The notes under the pieces are model-generated. The model saw only the letters and a list, made by a program, of their open reading frames with translations, searched no databases and was not told where the DNA came from. The translations under genes and the position numbers were made by a program. From Candidatus Spongiisociaceae bacterium (GTDB lineage Bacteria > Actinomycetota > Acidimicrobiia > Spongiisociales > Spongiisociaceae): a DNA stretch of 64,000 nt. The stretch is taken from positions 1,632,001 through 1,696,000 of the forward strand of contig CBDCOH010000002.1 of the NCBI GenBank assembly GCA_965219685.1. The letters are read 5' to 3'. Shown one piece after another: positions 49,508 through 59,468 of this stretch (the stretch's first letter is position 1; every line of letters begins with the position of its first letter).

Positions 49508-50680
49508 CTAATTGACACGGTGGTGCTCCACGAACCCGATGTCGACGGAGACGCCGAGCCCGGGCGCGTCCGGTACCGGCAACGTGCCGTCTTCGGTCAG
49601 AGTCATCGTCCCGCCGGTCACGCCGCGGCTCAGCCGGCTCTGCGCGGCGTTGAACTCCACGTAGCGCCCTCCGGGAAGGGTCGACATGAAGTGGACGCTG
49701 TAGGCATGGAGGAGGTCGGAGATCCACGAGTGCGTTATCACGTCTATGCCACGCTCGGCGGCCATCGCAGCGACCCGGGTCGCGACCGTGAGGCCGCCGC
49801 AGCGGGTGAGATCCGGCTGCAGGATGTCGACGCAGCCGCTATCGAGGTACCGCTCGAAGTCCCATATCGTGGTGAGTTGCTCCCCCGCTGCGACCGGGAC
49901 CGGGCTCCGCTCCCGCACGTAGGCGTAGTCCTCGACGTACTCGGGATGGATGAAGTCCTCCACCCAGACAGGGTTGAACGGGGCTACCCGCTCGCACAAC
50001 TCCAGGTTCTCACGGCGGGTTCGAAACCTCAGGCCGTCGGACCATCCGATGCCGTACCAGCCGGGGTCGACCATGAGATCCCTGCCGGGTCCCAACGCCT
50101 CCCGGATCGCGGCGAGGATCTCGACATCGCGACCGGGGTCCTCGCCGAAGGGACCCCAACCGAACTTGGCCGCCCGGTAGCCGGCTTCGACGAACTTGCG
50201 GGCTGCCCGGTAGTTGTCCTCGGGGTCGTCCCAGAAGAGGCTGGACGCGTATGCCGGCAGCGCCCCCCGCCGGCGACCGCCGAGCAGTTCGGAGAGCGGA
50301 GCCGCAGCGGCTTGGGCCTTGATCGACCAGAGGCAGTTGTCCACCGCTGACATGCAGTGCAACGCGATCCCCCTCCTGCCGTAGTAGGCGGTCCCGACGA
50401 ACATCTTGTTCCAGAGTCGTTCGATGTCCTCCGGATCCTCGCCCACGAGGATGTCCCTGAGGGTGTGGAAACCCGGCGGGCCCATGCTCACTCCCTGCAC
50501 TATCGAAGGAGCCGCGGTGGTGAGCGTCTCCACCTCGGACCATCCCACCAGGCCTTCGTCGGTCTCGACCCTGATCAACGCCAGCCAGTCACCCTGGTCG
50601 GTGGCGTCGGTCTCGCTCCTGCGCGTACCGTATGTCTCATCGCCTCGAAGGAGGATGCATTCGACGTCCGTGATGCGCAC
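49508..50680 (-). CDS. enolase-superfamily enzyme, mandelate racemase subgroup (dehydratase-like)
   Basis: YYGRRG, KFGWG, MVD, ED, AGE, QPD, THSW, PGLG. Confidence 0.88.
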   Translation of the reverse strand: MRITDVECILLRGDETYGTRRSETDATDQGDWLALIRVETDEGLVGWSEVETLTTAAPSIVQGVSMGPPGFHTLRDILVGEDPEDIERLWNKMFVGTAYYGRRGIALHCMSAVDNCLWSIKAQAAAAPLSELLGGRRRGALPAYASSLFWDDPEDNYRAARKFVEAGYRAAKFGWGPFGEDPGRDVEILAAIREALGPGRDLMVDPGWYGIGWSDGLRFRTRRENLELCERVAPFNPVWVEDFIHPEYVEDYAYVRERSPVPVAAGEQLTTIWDFERYLDSGCVDILQPDLTRCGGLTVATRVAAMAAERGIDVITHSWISDLLHAYSVHFMSTLPGGRYVEFNAAQSRLSRGVTGGTMTLTEDGTLPVPDAPGLGVSVDIGFVEHHRVN

Positions 50681-50796
50681 CGGTCGGTCGCCTTTCCTTC
50701 GCACGCTGGGTGACCGGACCGATTCTCTCATACGGCAGCAGCCGACGACCCCTGCCCAGCCCTCGGGCGCGGCCGAAGGCCGTTGTGGACGCCGGG

Positions 50797-51753
50797 TCAG
50801 CGGCCGGCGGCGGACCGGAGCAGGTCGAAGAGGCGGTCGACTTCGGCGGTGGTCTCCGGATCGAGGCGGAAACCCACCGGGCCGCGGACCCGGGCGCTCG
50901 CGAACACGCCCTGCCTGACGAGTAGATGCTTCTCGACGGCGATGAAGCCATCGAGTCCGGACTGCATCGACACGAGCGCGCTCAGGGGTCCGTTGATGGC
51001 GTCGATCCGACCCTCATCACCCGCCTCCAAGGCATCCCATAGGGCAACGATCGCCCAGCAGACCTCCGCTCCCGGCATGGTCCCGACGATCCCCCGCTTG
51101 TAGCTATCGACGAGGGCGATTCCGCCCGATCCCTCGAACACCCGGGCCCGCCCGCGCGTGGCCTCGCGCAGTTCGGAGAGCCTGGGACCGATCGGAACCG
51201 CCTCCGGTTTGAAGAGCACCCGGCCCCCGTACTCGTCGAGTAATCGGGCCTGGAGCCCGATGGACATGGGTCGACCCACGTATCCGCTGGCATCCTGTAT
51301 GACCACGGGCAGTGCGGTGGAATCGAGCAAGGCCCGGTAATAGTCCGCCAGTTGGTCGTCGAGGCATGGAACGGTCGTGGGAGGGATGGCCATGATGGCC
51401 GACGCTCCCACGCTCTGGGCGTGCCGGGCATAGTCGACGGCCACCTTCGTGCTCTCCGCACCGACGCTGATGATCACCGGTCCGTGCACGAGACCGATCT
51501 CGCATGCCATCTCGGCGAGAATCCGCCGCTCCCCGCTCGATAGCCTCAAGGTCTCCGACACCATCGCCATGACGATGCCATCAACCCCGTGCCCGTACAT
51601 CCATCGAATCTCGGTCTCCAATACGTCCTGATCGATCGAGTCGTCGTCACGGAAAGGTGTCTGGAAAACCGGAAAGACCCCGGACAGGGTCCCCGACCGC
51701 TCCGATAGCTCCGATCCGGTGCCCCCGCCGCTCAACGGACGCGTCTCTCGCAA
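50797..51753 (-). CDS. dihydrodipicolinate synthase-family aldolase/dehydratase
   Basis: GVFPVFQTPF, SE..RLS..ER, MAIPP, IQD, Schiff-base K in LFKPE. Start uncertain. Confidence 0.85.
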   Translation of the reverse strand: MRETRPLSGGGTGSELSERSGTLSGVFPVFQTPFRDDDSIDQDVLETEIRWMYGHGVDGIVMAMVSETLRLSSGERRILAEMACEIGLVHGPVIISVGAESTKVAVDYARHAQSVGASAIMAIPPTTVPCLDDQLADYYRALLDSTALPVVIQDASGYVGRPMSIGLQARLLDEYGGRVLFKPEAVPIGPRLSELREATRGRARVFEGSGGIALVDSYKRGIVGTMPGAEVCWAIVALWDALEAGDEGRIDAINGPLSALVSMQSGLDGFIAVEKHLLVRQGVFASARVRGPVGFRLDPETTAEVDRLFDLLRSAAGR

Positions 51754-51781
51754 ACGGCGCCCGGAGGCCGTCCTTCACATG

Positions 51782-52567
51782 TCACGGCGCGATCACCCCG
51801 TCCGGATAGCGATCGAAGACCTTCACATCGTGAATGGGCACGACGTGCTGTGCCGTATTCCGCACCCTTTCGTAGCATTCCAATGCTTCGTACATGTTCT
51901 CGCAGAGTCCGAGCATCTCACCGTCCTCCACGTTCTCGTAGAAGAAGTAGGAGTCCGAGATCGCCACAGTGCCCACCGCGGTGTCGACCTCGACCACGAT
52001 CGACTCGCGATGGTGCGCTCCCGACCACCAGGTTCGGAGTCCCGGCGCGATCTCGTCCTCATCCTCCAGCAGCCGTACCCGATCCCAACTGTCGGTGACC
52101 AGATCCACCAAGGTGTCCTTCGGTATCGACCTCCAGCGATCGTCGTGGGGGTGGTCATGGGTGGTGTGGAAGTGAATCCAGCCCCGCTTGGCAATGCAGA
52201 CCTGCGCAGTCCTGAACAGGTGAAGCGTGCCGGTGGTGTAGAGCTCCAGGGGAGTCAGCAGGAGGTGGGTTATGTCGTCAGGCGTCAAGCCGACGGTCTC
52301 CAGCGCGCCGGTCATGTAGTGCTCGGGTCGCCGTTTCAGGTCGCCTTTGGGAGCGTCGTGGAGGTAACGCATCAACGGCCATCCCTCCTCCACCATCGCG
52401 GTGTCGTCGGGCGGCGAGGCGTTCACGAGCGCAGTGATGTCACCCCCTTGTATAAGCGTGACGTTGAACCCCAACGGGTAGACATCGTCCCAACGGCTCA
52501 TCCAGAACACCTCTGGTCCCGCGATCAGCGACTCGCCAACGCTCAGGACCCGTACCGAAAACTCCAT
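51782..52567 (-). CDS. metallo-beta-lactamase-fold protein (AHL-lactonase-like) with atypical metal motif
   Basis: GLTPDDITHLLLT, EIAPGLR...GAH, ISD, PIHD. HxHxDH is replaced by PLELYT. Confidence 0.75.
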   Translation of the reverse strand: MEFSVRVLSVGESLIAGPEVFWMSRWDDVYPLGFNVTLIQGGDITALVNASPPDDTAMVEEGWPLMRYLHDAPKGDLKRRPEHYMTGALETVGLTPDDITHLLLTPLELYTTGTLHLFRTAQVCIAKRGWIHFHTTHDHPHDDRWRSIPKDTLVDLVTDSWDRVRLLEDEDEIAPGLRTWWSGAHHRESIVVEVDTAVGTVAISDSYFFYENVEDGEMLGLCENMYEALECYERVRNTAQHVVPIHDVKVFDRYPDGVIAP

Positions 52568-52709
52568 GCTCTCTCCTCTCATGAGCGCCAGGTTCGCCGG
52601 GTGGACGCCAACCTCCCTCGGCCATCCCGGTGACTGTCAAAGAGTAGGTACCTCGCGTAGATCGGGTCGCCGGTTTTGGGGTTGCCGTGAACAACCCCCG
52701 CGTTCGGAC

Positions 52710-53636
52710 TCACACCCCGAAGGTCCACCCTTCGACCGCCTGGTGGATGGTTCCCCGGTGGATGCTCGCCATTGCCGCCAGTTCGTCCTCGTGAATCCCG
52801 GCGCTGATGCTCGGCCCGATATGCGTAAGCACCAGGTCATCCACACCGGCGTCGCGGGCCATCCGGGCCGCTCCTAGGGTCCCGGTCTGCCCGGTGGCCT
52901 CGCCGTTGGCAGCCATCACCTCTTCCTCGTCCCAGCACATGGAGATCAGGACATCTGCTCCCCTCGACAACTCGACGATCTCGTCGCAGGGTTCGGTGTC
53001 GCCCGTGTAGACGACCGAGCTGGAGCCGGCCGTGATCCGGTAGGCGTTGCAGTCGAGATACGGCTGGACGTGGCGAGCGAGGCCGGGAAGGAACTCGATA
53101 TCTCCGACGGTGAAGGGTTGGTCAGGATGCACCTCCTTCACTTCGGGTTCGGGTGGAAGGCGAGGTAGCTCCCCGCCACGGTTGACGAAGACGGCGTGGC
53201 TGGGCGGCGCCTCGATCCGGGCGTGGAGATCGGGCCAGAAGGCGCCGACATCCCGCCCGAACAGATTCTGGACGAAGCCGATCGTGGGGGGCGGGCCGCA
53301 AATCGAGAGCTCTTCGATGAGTCCGGCGCCCTGATCCCACCTGCTCAGGAAGAACCCGGGGAACCCGGCCGTGTGGTCGAAGTGGTGGTGGGTGAACACG
53401 ACGGCATCCACTTCCGTAGGTCCCAGGCCCGCTTCCACCAGGCGGCGGGTCGTTCCGGGACCCGAATCCACCAGCACCGTGGTGGTCCTGCTCCTCACCA
53501 GGATCGCCGTACCCCACCTTGACGGAGTAGGGGTGGGCGTCCCGGCCAGCAGAACAGTGACCGTCAGTCCGACGTCCGCTCCTTCGTCAGGAGTCCGGAG
53601 CGACAAGTCGGAGAGGTCGATCAACCGTCCGGCCAT
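52710..53636 (-). CDS. MBL-fold metallohydrolase (RNase Z-like)
   Basis: LAGTP, LVDSG, FTHHHFDH, YTGDT, LVLTH. Confidence 0.88.
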   Translation of the reverse strand: MAGRLIDLSDLSLRTPDEGADVGLTVTVLLAGTPTPTPSRWGTAILVRSRTTTVLVDSGPGTTRRLVEAGLGPTEVDAVVFTHHHFDHTAGFPGFFLSRWDQGAGLIEELSICGPPPTIGFVQNLFGRDVGAFWPDLHARIEAPPSHAVFVNRGGELPRLPPEPEVKEVHPDQPFTVGDIEFLPGLARHVQPYLDCNAYRITAGSSSVVYTGDTEPCDEIVELSRGADVLISMCWDEEEVMAANGEATGQTGTLGAARMARDAGVDDLVLTHIGPSISAGIHEDELAAMASIHRGTIHQAVEGWTFGV

Positions 53637-53654
53637 ATCCGCTTCCTTCCTGGA

Positions 53655-53716
53655 TGACTAGTTCCTAGTCGATAGTCTGTAGTCGATAGTTGGTATCCGG
53701 AGGTTGCCGTTAGATC
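53655..53716 (-). promoter_or_regulatory. ~60-bp conserved upstream element, copy B
   Basis: Minus strand reads GATCTAA-CGGCAACC-TCCGGATACCA-ACTATCGACTACAGACTATCGA-CTAGGAACTAGTCA, with five ACTA units at 7-bp spacing. Confidence 0.65.
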
Positions 53717-53926
53717 GGGTCGTCTACCATCCTCCCTAGTAGCGCGTCGTAGGGTGCGCGCCGTTCCGGTCGGATCCCGTGGAACTACTCATCTAGCGAC
53801 ACGCCGGTTGTCCCCACCACCTGCTTCGCCCGCGGTCGTGGGCCGGAACAGCCACCGCCCGGCCCGGTGAACCCATCGAAGTGTCCGCAGTGCCGCGAGC
53901 GCCTCAACGACGCACCCATGTTTGCG

Positions 53927-54928
53927 TCAGCCGCCGAACTCGGTGATGTCGACCGGTCTTGCTTCCTCGATCGACCTGTCCATCGCCAGTGCCGCAACCA
54001 GAGCGGCGCGCGCGTCGGCGAGCGTCAGCGGCCAGGCCCGCCCGTCCCGTACCCGGCTGAGGAAGAATGCGTCCTCCGAAGGCAGAGCCCCGTACGGAAC
54101 GTCGTTCGGGTACGAGTAGTAGCCGGAGTGGACGTGTTCGAGACCATCCACGCTGAACACCACGGCCGGTGAGTCACGGGACTCCACGTACGCGCTCCCC
54201 CGCGTTCCGAAGACTGCCAGGCGGTGGTCGCTGCGGAGTCCCGAGTCGAAGGGCAGGATCCAGTTGTGGTCGAGAGCGCCGACAGCCCCCGAGGCGAACC
54301 GCACGGTGGCCACCGCCGCATCCGGCCCCGGCCCGACAACGCCGTGTTGCGCAGCCTCCGCGTAGACGCGCTCGATATCCCCCACCAGCCACCTCATCAC
54401 GTCGAGGTCGTGGATCGCCATCTCCTGCGGTACCGTCGTACGTCCCGAGATGATCCGGCCCTCGTAGTCGGGCGCATTCCATCGAGCGGACAGGTGCACG
54501 ATCTCGCCGAGCCTTCCCTCCTCCACGGCCTGCCGGACCGCCACGTAGTTGGGATCGAAGCGCAGGGTATGCCCTATCACCAGGCTCCCGGCGGTTGACG
54601 CATCGAGGTCCATCATCCGGTCGGCGTCGGCGAGCGAGGAGGCGAACGGCTTCTCGCAGAAGACCTGCAACCCGCGGATCAGCCCCTGCTCGACCACCGG
54701 CAGGTGAACCTGCTGTGGAGTGCAGACCCAGAGCGCCTCGAGACCGTCGGTGTCGAGAGCGTCATCGAGGTCGACCGTGAACCGGGTCCCCGCAGGTACT
54801 CCTGAGGCCACTTCCCGATCCGTGTCACAGACCACGGCGAGGTCGGCCATCGGGTTGGCCGCCAGAATCCTGGCGTGTTCACGGCCGATCATGCCATGAC
54901 CGACGAGAGCACATCGGACTGCCTGCAT
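53927..54928 (-). CDS. Gfo/Idh/MocA-family oxidoreductase, paralogue of 34340..35335
   Basis: LVGHGMIG, CEKP, GHTLRF, HDLD, RLAVFGTRG. Confidence 0.9.
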   Translation of the reverse strand: MQAVRCALVGHGMIGREHARILAANPMADLAVVCDTDREVASGVPAGTRFTVDLDDALDTDGLEALWVCTPQQVHLPVVEQGLIRGLQVFCEKPFASSLADADRMMDLDASTAGSLVIGHTLRFDPNYVAVRQAVEEGRLGEIVHLSARWNAPDYEGRIISGRTTVPQEMAIHDLDVMRWLVGDIERVYAEAAQHGVVGPGPDAAVATVRFASGAVGALDHNWILPFDSGLRSDHRLAVFGTRGSAYVESRDSPAVVFSVDGLEHVHSGYYSYPNDVPYGALPSEDAFFLSRVRDGRAWPLTLADARAALVAALAMDRSIEEARPVDITEFGG

Positions 54929-55181
54929 TCTGTCGTCCCCTCGTCGTCCGACCGTTTGTTCAGTAGCTGTTGATTCTAATGATGGTGGCCAGGACCTGAG
55001 GATTAGCCTTGAGGCTGACCCGAGCCGCGAGGACCGATGTACCGAATGCGAACCGAACCAGATTCCTCATGGCCTGGCATGGCCCGCATCCGTGCGATGA
55101 CCAAGGCCGATTTGGAGGAGATCTAGTGTCGCAGGGTCCGATCGAAGAGCGGGAGCGGATGGAGTGGGGAGGACCTAGCCG

Positions 55182-56033
55182 ATGAAACCTGCCCGGTTCC
55201 GGTACGCGAGACCGGGCTCCGTGGAGGAAGCTGTTCGCATGATCGCCGAAGCCGGCGCGTACGCCCAGCCACTCGCGGGAGGGCAGAGCCTGGTCCCGCT
55301 CCTGAACTTCCGCCTCGCGCACCCCGGCCTGCTGGTGGATCTCAACTTCCTCGATCAGCTGACATATATCACGGAGGACGACGGGTGGCTTCTCCTCGGG
55401 TCGATGGTGCGGCTCCGAGCGGCCGAGACCTCGGCAGTTGTTGCATCTGCCTGCCCACTTCTCGCCGCGGCTCTGAGCCACGTCGGGCATCTGCAGATCA
55501 GGAACCGCGGCACGGTCGGGGGAAGCGTCGCACACGCCGACCCGGCGGCCGAACTGCCCGCGTTGATGGTGGGGCTCGGGGGGCAGATCGTCGTGCAGAG
55601 TGTCAGAGGGCAACGTGTCATAGAAGCGGCGGACTTCTTCCTGGACCCGTTCCTAACTTCCCTGGCGAGTGACGAGTTGGTCGTGGAACTCAGGCTTCCT
55701 AAGTTTCCAGGTGACCGAACGTCCTTCATTGAGTTCTCACAGCGATCCGGAGACTTCGCTCTTGCCGGCGTCGGAGTGTCCATCTCTTTCGATCGCGGTT
55801 ACGTAACGGGTGTCCGCATGGGCGCATTTGGAGTCGGTCCGACGCCGATCAGGCTCAGGCAAGCTGAACAAGTGCTCGCTGGCAGCCCCTTGTCCGATGA
55901 AGTGATCGAGAACGCCGCAGCCGTCGCCAGTCGTGAAGTCGAACCGCTCGAGGACATCCATGGCGACAGCACCTACCGAAGAGAGCTGCTCGCCGTTCTC
56001 CTCTCACGTTCCCTCAAGGAGGTGAGTGCATGA
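55182..56033 (+). CDS. molybdo-hydroxylase FAD-binding subunit (CoxM/CutM-like)
   Basis: MKPARFRY, LAGGQSLVP, QIRNRGTVGGS..HADPAAELP, GDFA. Confidence 0.92.
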   Translation: MKPARFRYARPGSVEEAVRMIAEAGAYAQPLAGGQSLVPLLNFRLAHPGLLVDLNFLDQLTYITEDDGWLLLGSMVRLRAAETSAVVASACPLLAAALSHVGHLQIRNRGTVGGSVAHADPAAELPALMVGLGGQIVVQSVRGQRVIEAADFFLDPFLTSLASDELVVELRLPKFPGDRTSFIEFSQRSGDFALAGVGVSISFDRGYVTGVRMGAFGVGPTPIRLRQAEQVLAGSPLSDEVIENAAAVASREVEPLEDIHGDSTYRRELLAVLLSRSLKEVSA

Positions 56034-56527
56034 ACGACCAGAATGAAGACGGCAGGGGCCTCGGTGTCGAAGAACTGGACATCACGTTGGATGTCAACGG
56101 CGAAACGGCCAGTTCCACCGTGCCGGTCAGAATGCTCCTGTCCGACTTCCTCCGCGATGAGCTGGGCCTGCGCGGTGTCCGAGTCGGGTGCGAACACGGA
56201 GTCTGCGGAGCTTGCACCGTCGTGCTCGATGGCGCCGCGGTCCGTTCCTGCATCCTGCTGGCCGTACAAGCCGACGGCGCAGCCGTGACAACAATCGAGG
56301 GTTTGACACCTGACACCGGCCTCGGTGTTCTCCAACAGGCATTCAGAGACAATGACGGCCTGCAGTGCGGGTTCTGTACGTCTGGTTTCATCGTGACCCT
56401 TTCGTCCCTCGACCCGGACGACTTTCCGGGAGAAGACGGGATAGTGGAAGCGATATCGGGCAACCTCTGCCGATGCACGGGCTATCGAGGCATAGTGGAC
56501 GCCGTTCGGTCTGCCTGGGGAAGGTAG
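56030..56527 (+). CDS. molybdo-hydroxylase [2Fe-2S] subunit (CoxS/CutS-like)
   Basis: GCEHGVCGACTV...SC, QCGFCT, NLCRCTGY. Confidence 0.94.
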   Translation: MNDQNEDGRGLGVEELDITLDVNGETASSTVPVRMLLSDFLRDELGLRGVRVGCEHGVCGACTVVLDGAAVRSCILLAVQADGAAVTTIEGLTPDTGLGVLQQAFRDNDGLQCGFCTSGFIVTLSSLDPDDFPGEDGIVEAISGNLCRCTGYRGIVDAVRSAWGR

Positions 56528-56637
56528 CTGCCTCGTAACCCGCCGAGGGGTGCGTGATAAGCTCCGGCCGGTATCGGCCACCAGTCCATCCCGCCGAATC
56601 CATCCGGCAATGTCAGGCCGATTCAGAGGGAGGAATC

Positions 56638-57855
56638 ATGGAAATGCACCGTATCCGGCAGATGCTCATCCTGTTGGCGTGCTTCATGCTGGTGGCGACG
56701 GCCTGCGGCGACGACGGTGATGCCGGCACTACCACCGCCGCGCCCGCCACGACCGCGGCCCCCGCCACAACGGCAGCCCCCGCGACGACCGCGGCCCCCA
56801 CAACAACGGCAGCCCCCGCGACCACGGCGGCACCCGCCCCGGAGGAGACCTCCGAACCGCTGAAGGTCGCCTTCATCCTCCTAGGAAACCCGGCCGACGG
56901 CGGGTGGAATCTGGGCCACGACCTCGGTCGGCAAGCAGTGGAAGCCGCGTTCGGCGACCGCGTGGAGACCACGGTGAAGGAGAGCGTCCCCGAGTCGCCT
57001 CAGGTCGTCCAGGTGATCGACGATCTCGTCGCCGACGGAAACACGATGATCTTCGGGACATCGTTCGGCTACATGGATTTCATGCTGGAGGCAGCCGAGA
57101 AGTACCCGGATGTGATATTCGAGCATGCGACGGGCTACAAGACAGCGCCGAACATGGCCAATTACACCGGCGCCCAGGAGGATTCCAAGTATCTCGCCGG
57201 CATGGCGGCGGGAGCGGCATCCGAAAGCGGCAAGCTCGGATATGTGGCCCCGTTCGCCATCCCCCTCATCATCAAGGCTGTCAACGCGTGGGCGCTGGGC
57301 GCTCAGGCCATCAATCCGGACGCCACGGTCGAGGTCGTGTGGCTCAACTCCTGGTTCGATCCCGCGGCGGAACGCCAGGCTGCCGAAAGCCTGATCGCCG
57401 ACGGCGCCGACGTGGTCGGCCACAGCCAGGACACGCCGTCCGCTTGCCAGGCAGCCGAAGCGGCAGGCGTGTACTGCACGGGCAACACGATCGATCAGGG
57501 CGAGTTCACACCCGGTGCCTGGCTCACCGGTGACGTGATCAATTGGGGCACCTATTACGTCCTGAGAGTCGGCCAAGTACTCGACGGAACCTGGGAGACG
57601 GGCGCGTTCTACGGGACGATGGCTGACGGTGTCATGGAGATAGCTCCGTTCGGCGAAGCCGTGGATGATGACACTCGAGCATTGATCAACGACGCCCGAG
57701 ACCGTATCGCTGACACGAGCTTCTCATACTTCGTCGGTCCGATCCGCGATCAATCGGGTGAGCTACGCGTTCCGGACGGAACCCCGATGACTTTCGAGGA
57801 GATCGTCACCATGGATTGGTTCGTTGAAGGAATACTCGGTAGCCCGACAGGTTGA
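56638..57855 (+). CDS. BMP-family ABC substrate-binding lipoprotein (nucleoside/nucleobase-type)
   Basis: Lipobox VATAC, DGGWN..H, GTSFGY, SWFDP, GADVV..HSQD. GGAGG RBS. Confidence 0.9.
   Translation: MEMHRIRQMLILLACFMLVATACGDDGDAGTTTAAPATTAAPATTAAPATTAAPTTTAAPATTAAPAPEETSEPLKVAFILLGNPADGGWNLGHDLGRQAVEAAFGDRVETTVKESVPESPQVVQVIDDLVADGNTMIFGTSFGYMDFMLEAAEKYPDVIFEHATGYKTAPNMANYTGAQEDSKYLAGMAAGAASESGKLGYVAPFAIPLIIKAVNAWALGAQAINPDATVEVVWLNSWFDPAAERQAAESLIADGADVVGHSQDTPSACQAAEAAGVYCTGNTIDQGEFTPGAWLTGDVINWGTYYVLRVGQVLDGTWETGAFYGTMADGVMEIAPFGEAVDDDTRALINDARDRIADTSFSYFVGPIRDQSGELRVPDGTPMTFEEIVTMDWFVEGILGSPTG
56728..56838 (+). repeat. ~18-nt coding tandem repeat encoding (A/T)TTAAP, about 6 copies
   Basis: GTTTAAPATTAAPATTAAPATTAAPTTTAAPATTAAP after the lipobox. 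Confidence 0.9.
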
Positions 57856-57911
57856 TATAGCGCGTTCCCAGACACCGCGCACCGATCGTTCGACCTAGGC
57901 ACGACGGTCCT

Positions 57912-59468
57912 GTGGTTGAGACGCGAGCATCGAGCGCTGCCGGAGACGATGAACTCGCGTTACAACTGGAAGGAGTAACCAAACGCTTTCCGCGTGTGGT
58001 CGCGAACGACCGAGTCGACCTCGATGTCCGCCGTGGCGAGGTTCATGCTCTTCTTGGCCAGAACGGCGCCGGAAAGTCGACGCTGGCGCACATTGTCAGC
58101 GGTCTCTACCGCCCCGACCAAGGCGTCATACGGCTGTTCGGGAAACGGATGGAGATCAGGTCACCCGGCGAAGCGCTGGACATTGGCATCGGCATGGTGC
58201 ATCAACACTTCAGGCTGGTCCCCTCCCTCACCGTTGCGGAGAATGTCGTGCTCGGTCACGAGAAGGCCGGGCGTCTGTTCACGCTCACCGAGCGTGACCT
58301 TCGATCACGCGTCGCAGACCTGTCGGCGGAGCACAACCTGCCCGTCGACCCCGGCACTCCCGTCTGGCAACTCTCCATCGGCGAGCAGCAGCGTGTGGAG
58401 TTGTTGAAGGCCCTCTACCGGCAGGCACGAATCCTCATTCTCGACGAGCCGACGGCCGTCTTGACGCCACAGGAGACGGACTCTCTCTTCGACACGGTTC
58501 GTCAGATGGTGGACGGGGGCAGATCGGTCATCCTGATCTCGCACAAGCTGGACGAGGTCTTGGCGGTGTCCGATCGGATCACCGTGCTCAGGGACGGGAA
58601 AAAGGTCGGCACCTGGCGGACGGCCGATGTCGACGCGCGCGCCCTCTCACGAATGATGGTCGGTCGGGACATTGATCTGTCTCGCAAGCCTCCTGAAGGC
58701 GTGCGTCCACCGGGCGCGACCCCTGTGATCGAACTGTGCGGGGTGAGCGCAGACGGGGATCGCGGCGGCCCGGTGCTCCATGACATCTCGCTCCAGGTAC
58801 GCGAAGGCGAGATCCTAGGGGTCGCCGGCGTGGCCGGCAACGGTCAGAGAGAACTCGCGGAGGTGATAGCCGGACTCCGCCGGCCCTCGGCGGGAACGAT
58901 TCGCATCCGGGGAAAGGACTGCATCTTCCACGCGCCCAAGGACGCGATCATGCTTGGAATCGGCTACGTACCGGACGACCGTCTCGGAACGGGTCTCGCG
59001 CCCAACGTCACGGTCGCAGAGAACCTGGCCTTGAAGGCATACTCGCGGGAGCCATTCTCCTGGGGTCCCTTCCTGAGCCGGGAACAGATCGGCGCGCACG
59101 CGCGCGTTCTGATGGAACAGTACGACGTCAGGGGTGGAACGGACAGGTCCCCCGTCCGCTCACTATCCGGCGGGAACATTCAGAAGCTGCTTCTCGCCCG
59201 CGAGATCGCCAGCCGGCCTGAGGCTCTCGTAGCAGTGTCCCCCACGCGCGGTCTCGACATCGCAGCCACGCAGTCCGTACGTACGTTGATCGCCGAGTTG
59301 GCGACATCAGGGAGGGCGATCCTGCTGATCAGCGAGGACCTGGATGAGATCCTGACACTCGCTGATCGGATCACCGTTCTCTACGAAGGACGGATCGTGG
59401 GAACGGCAGACCCGTCAACCGTAAAGGTCGAGGAACTCGGCTTGATGATGGCCGGAGCGTCCGAGTGA
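57912..59468 (+). CDS. ABC ATP-binding protein (double NBD, CUT2 type)
   Basis: GQNGAGKS, GMVHQHF, LDEPTAVL, GVAGNGQ, LSGGNIQK. Confidence 0.93.
   Translation: MVETRASSAAGDDELALQLEGVTKRFPRVVANDRVDLDVRRGEVHALLGQNGAGKSTLAHIVSGLYRPDQGVIRLFGKRMEIRSPGEALDIGIGMVHQHFRLVPSLTVAENVVLGHEKAGRLFTLTERDLRSRVADLSAEHNLPVDPGTPVWQLSIGEQQRVELLKALYRQARILILDEPTAVLTPQETDSLFDTVRQMVDGGRSVILISHKLDEVLAVSDRITVLRDGKKVGTWRTADVDARALSRMMVGRDIDLSRKPPEGVRPPGATPVIELCGVSADGDRGGPVLHDISLQVREGEILGVAGVAGNGQRELAEVIAGLRRPSAGTIRIRGKDCIFHAPKDAIMLGIGYVPDDRLGTGLAPNVTVAENLALKAYSREPFSWGPFLSREQIGAHARVLMEQYDVRGGTDRSPVRSLSGGNIQKLLLAREIASRPEALVAVSPTRGLDIAATQSVRTLIAELATSGRAILLISEDLDEILTLADRITVLYEGRIVGTADPSTVKVEELGLMMAGASE

Noticed and set aside
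52710-53636. Housekeeping RNase Z acting with the RNA ligase
   Set aside because: It heads a catabolic run 52 kb away, so a small-molecule hydrolase is more likely.
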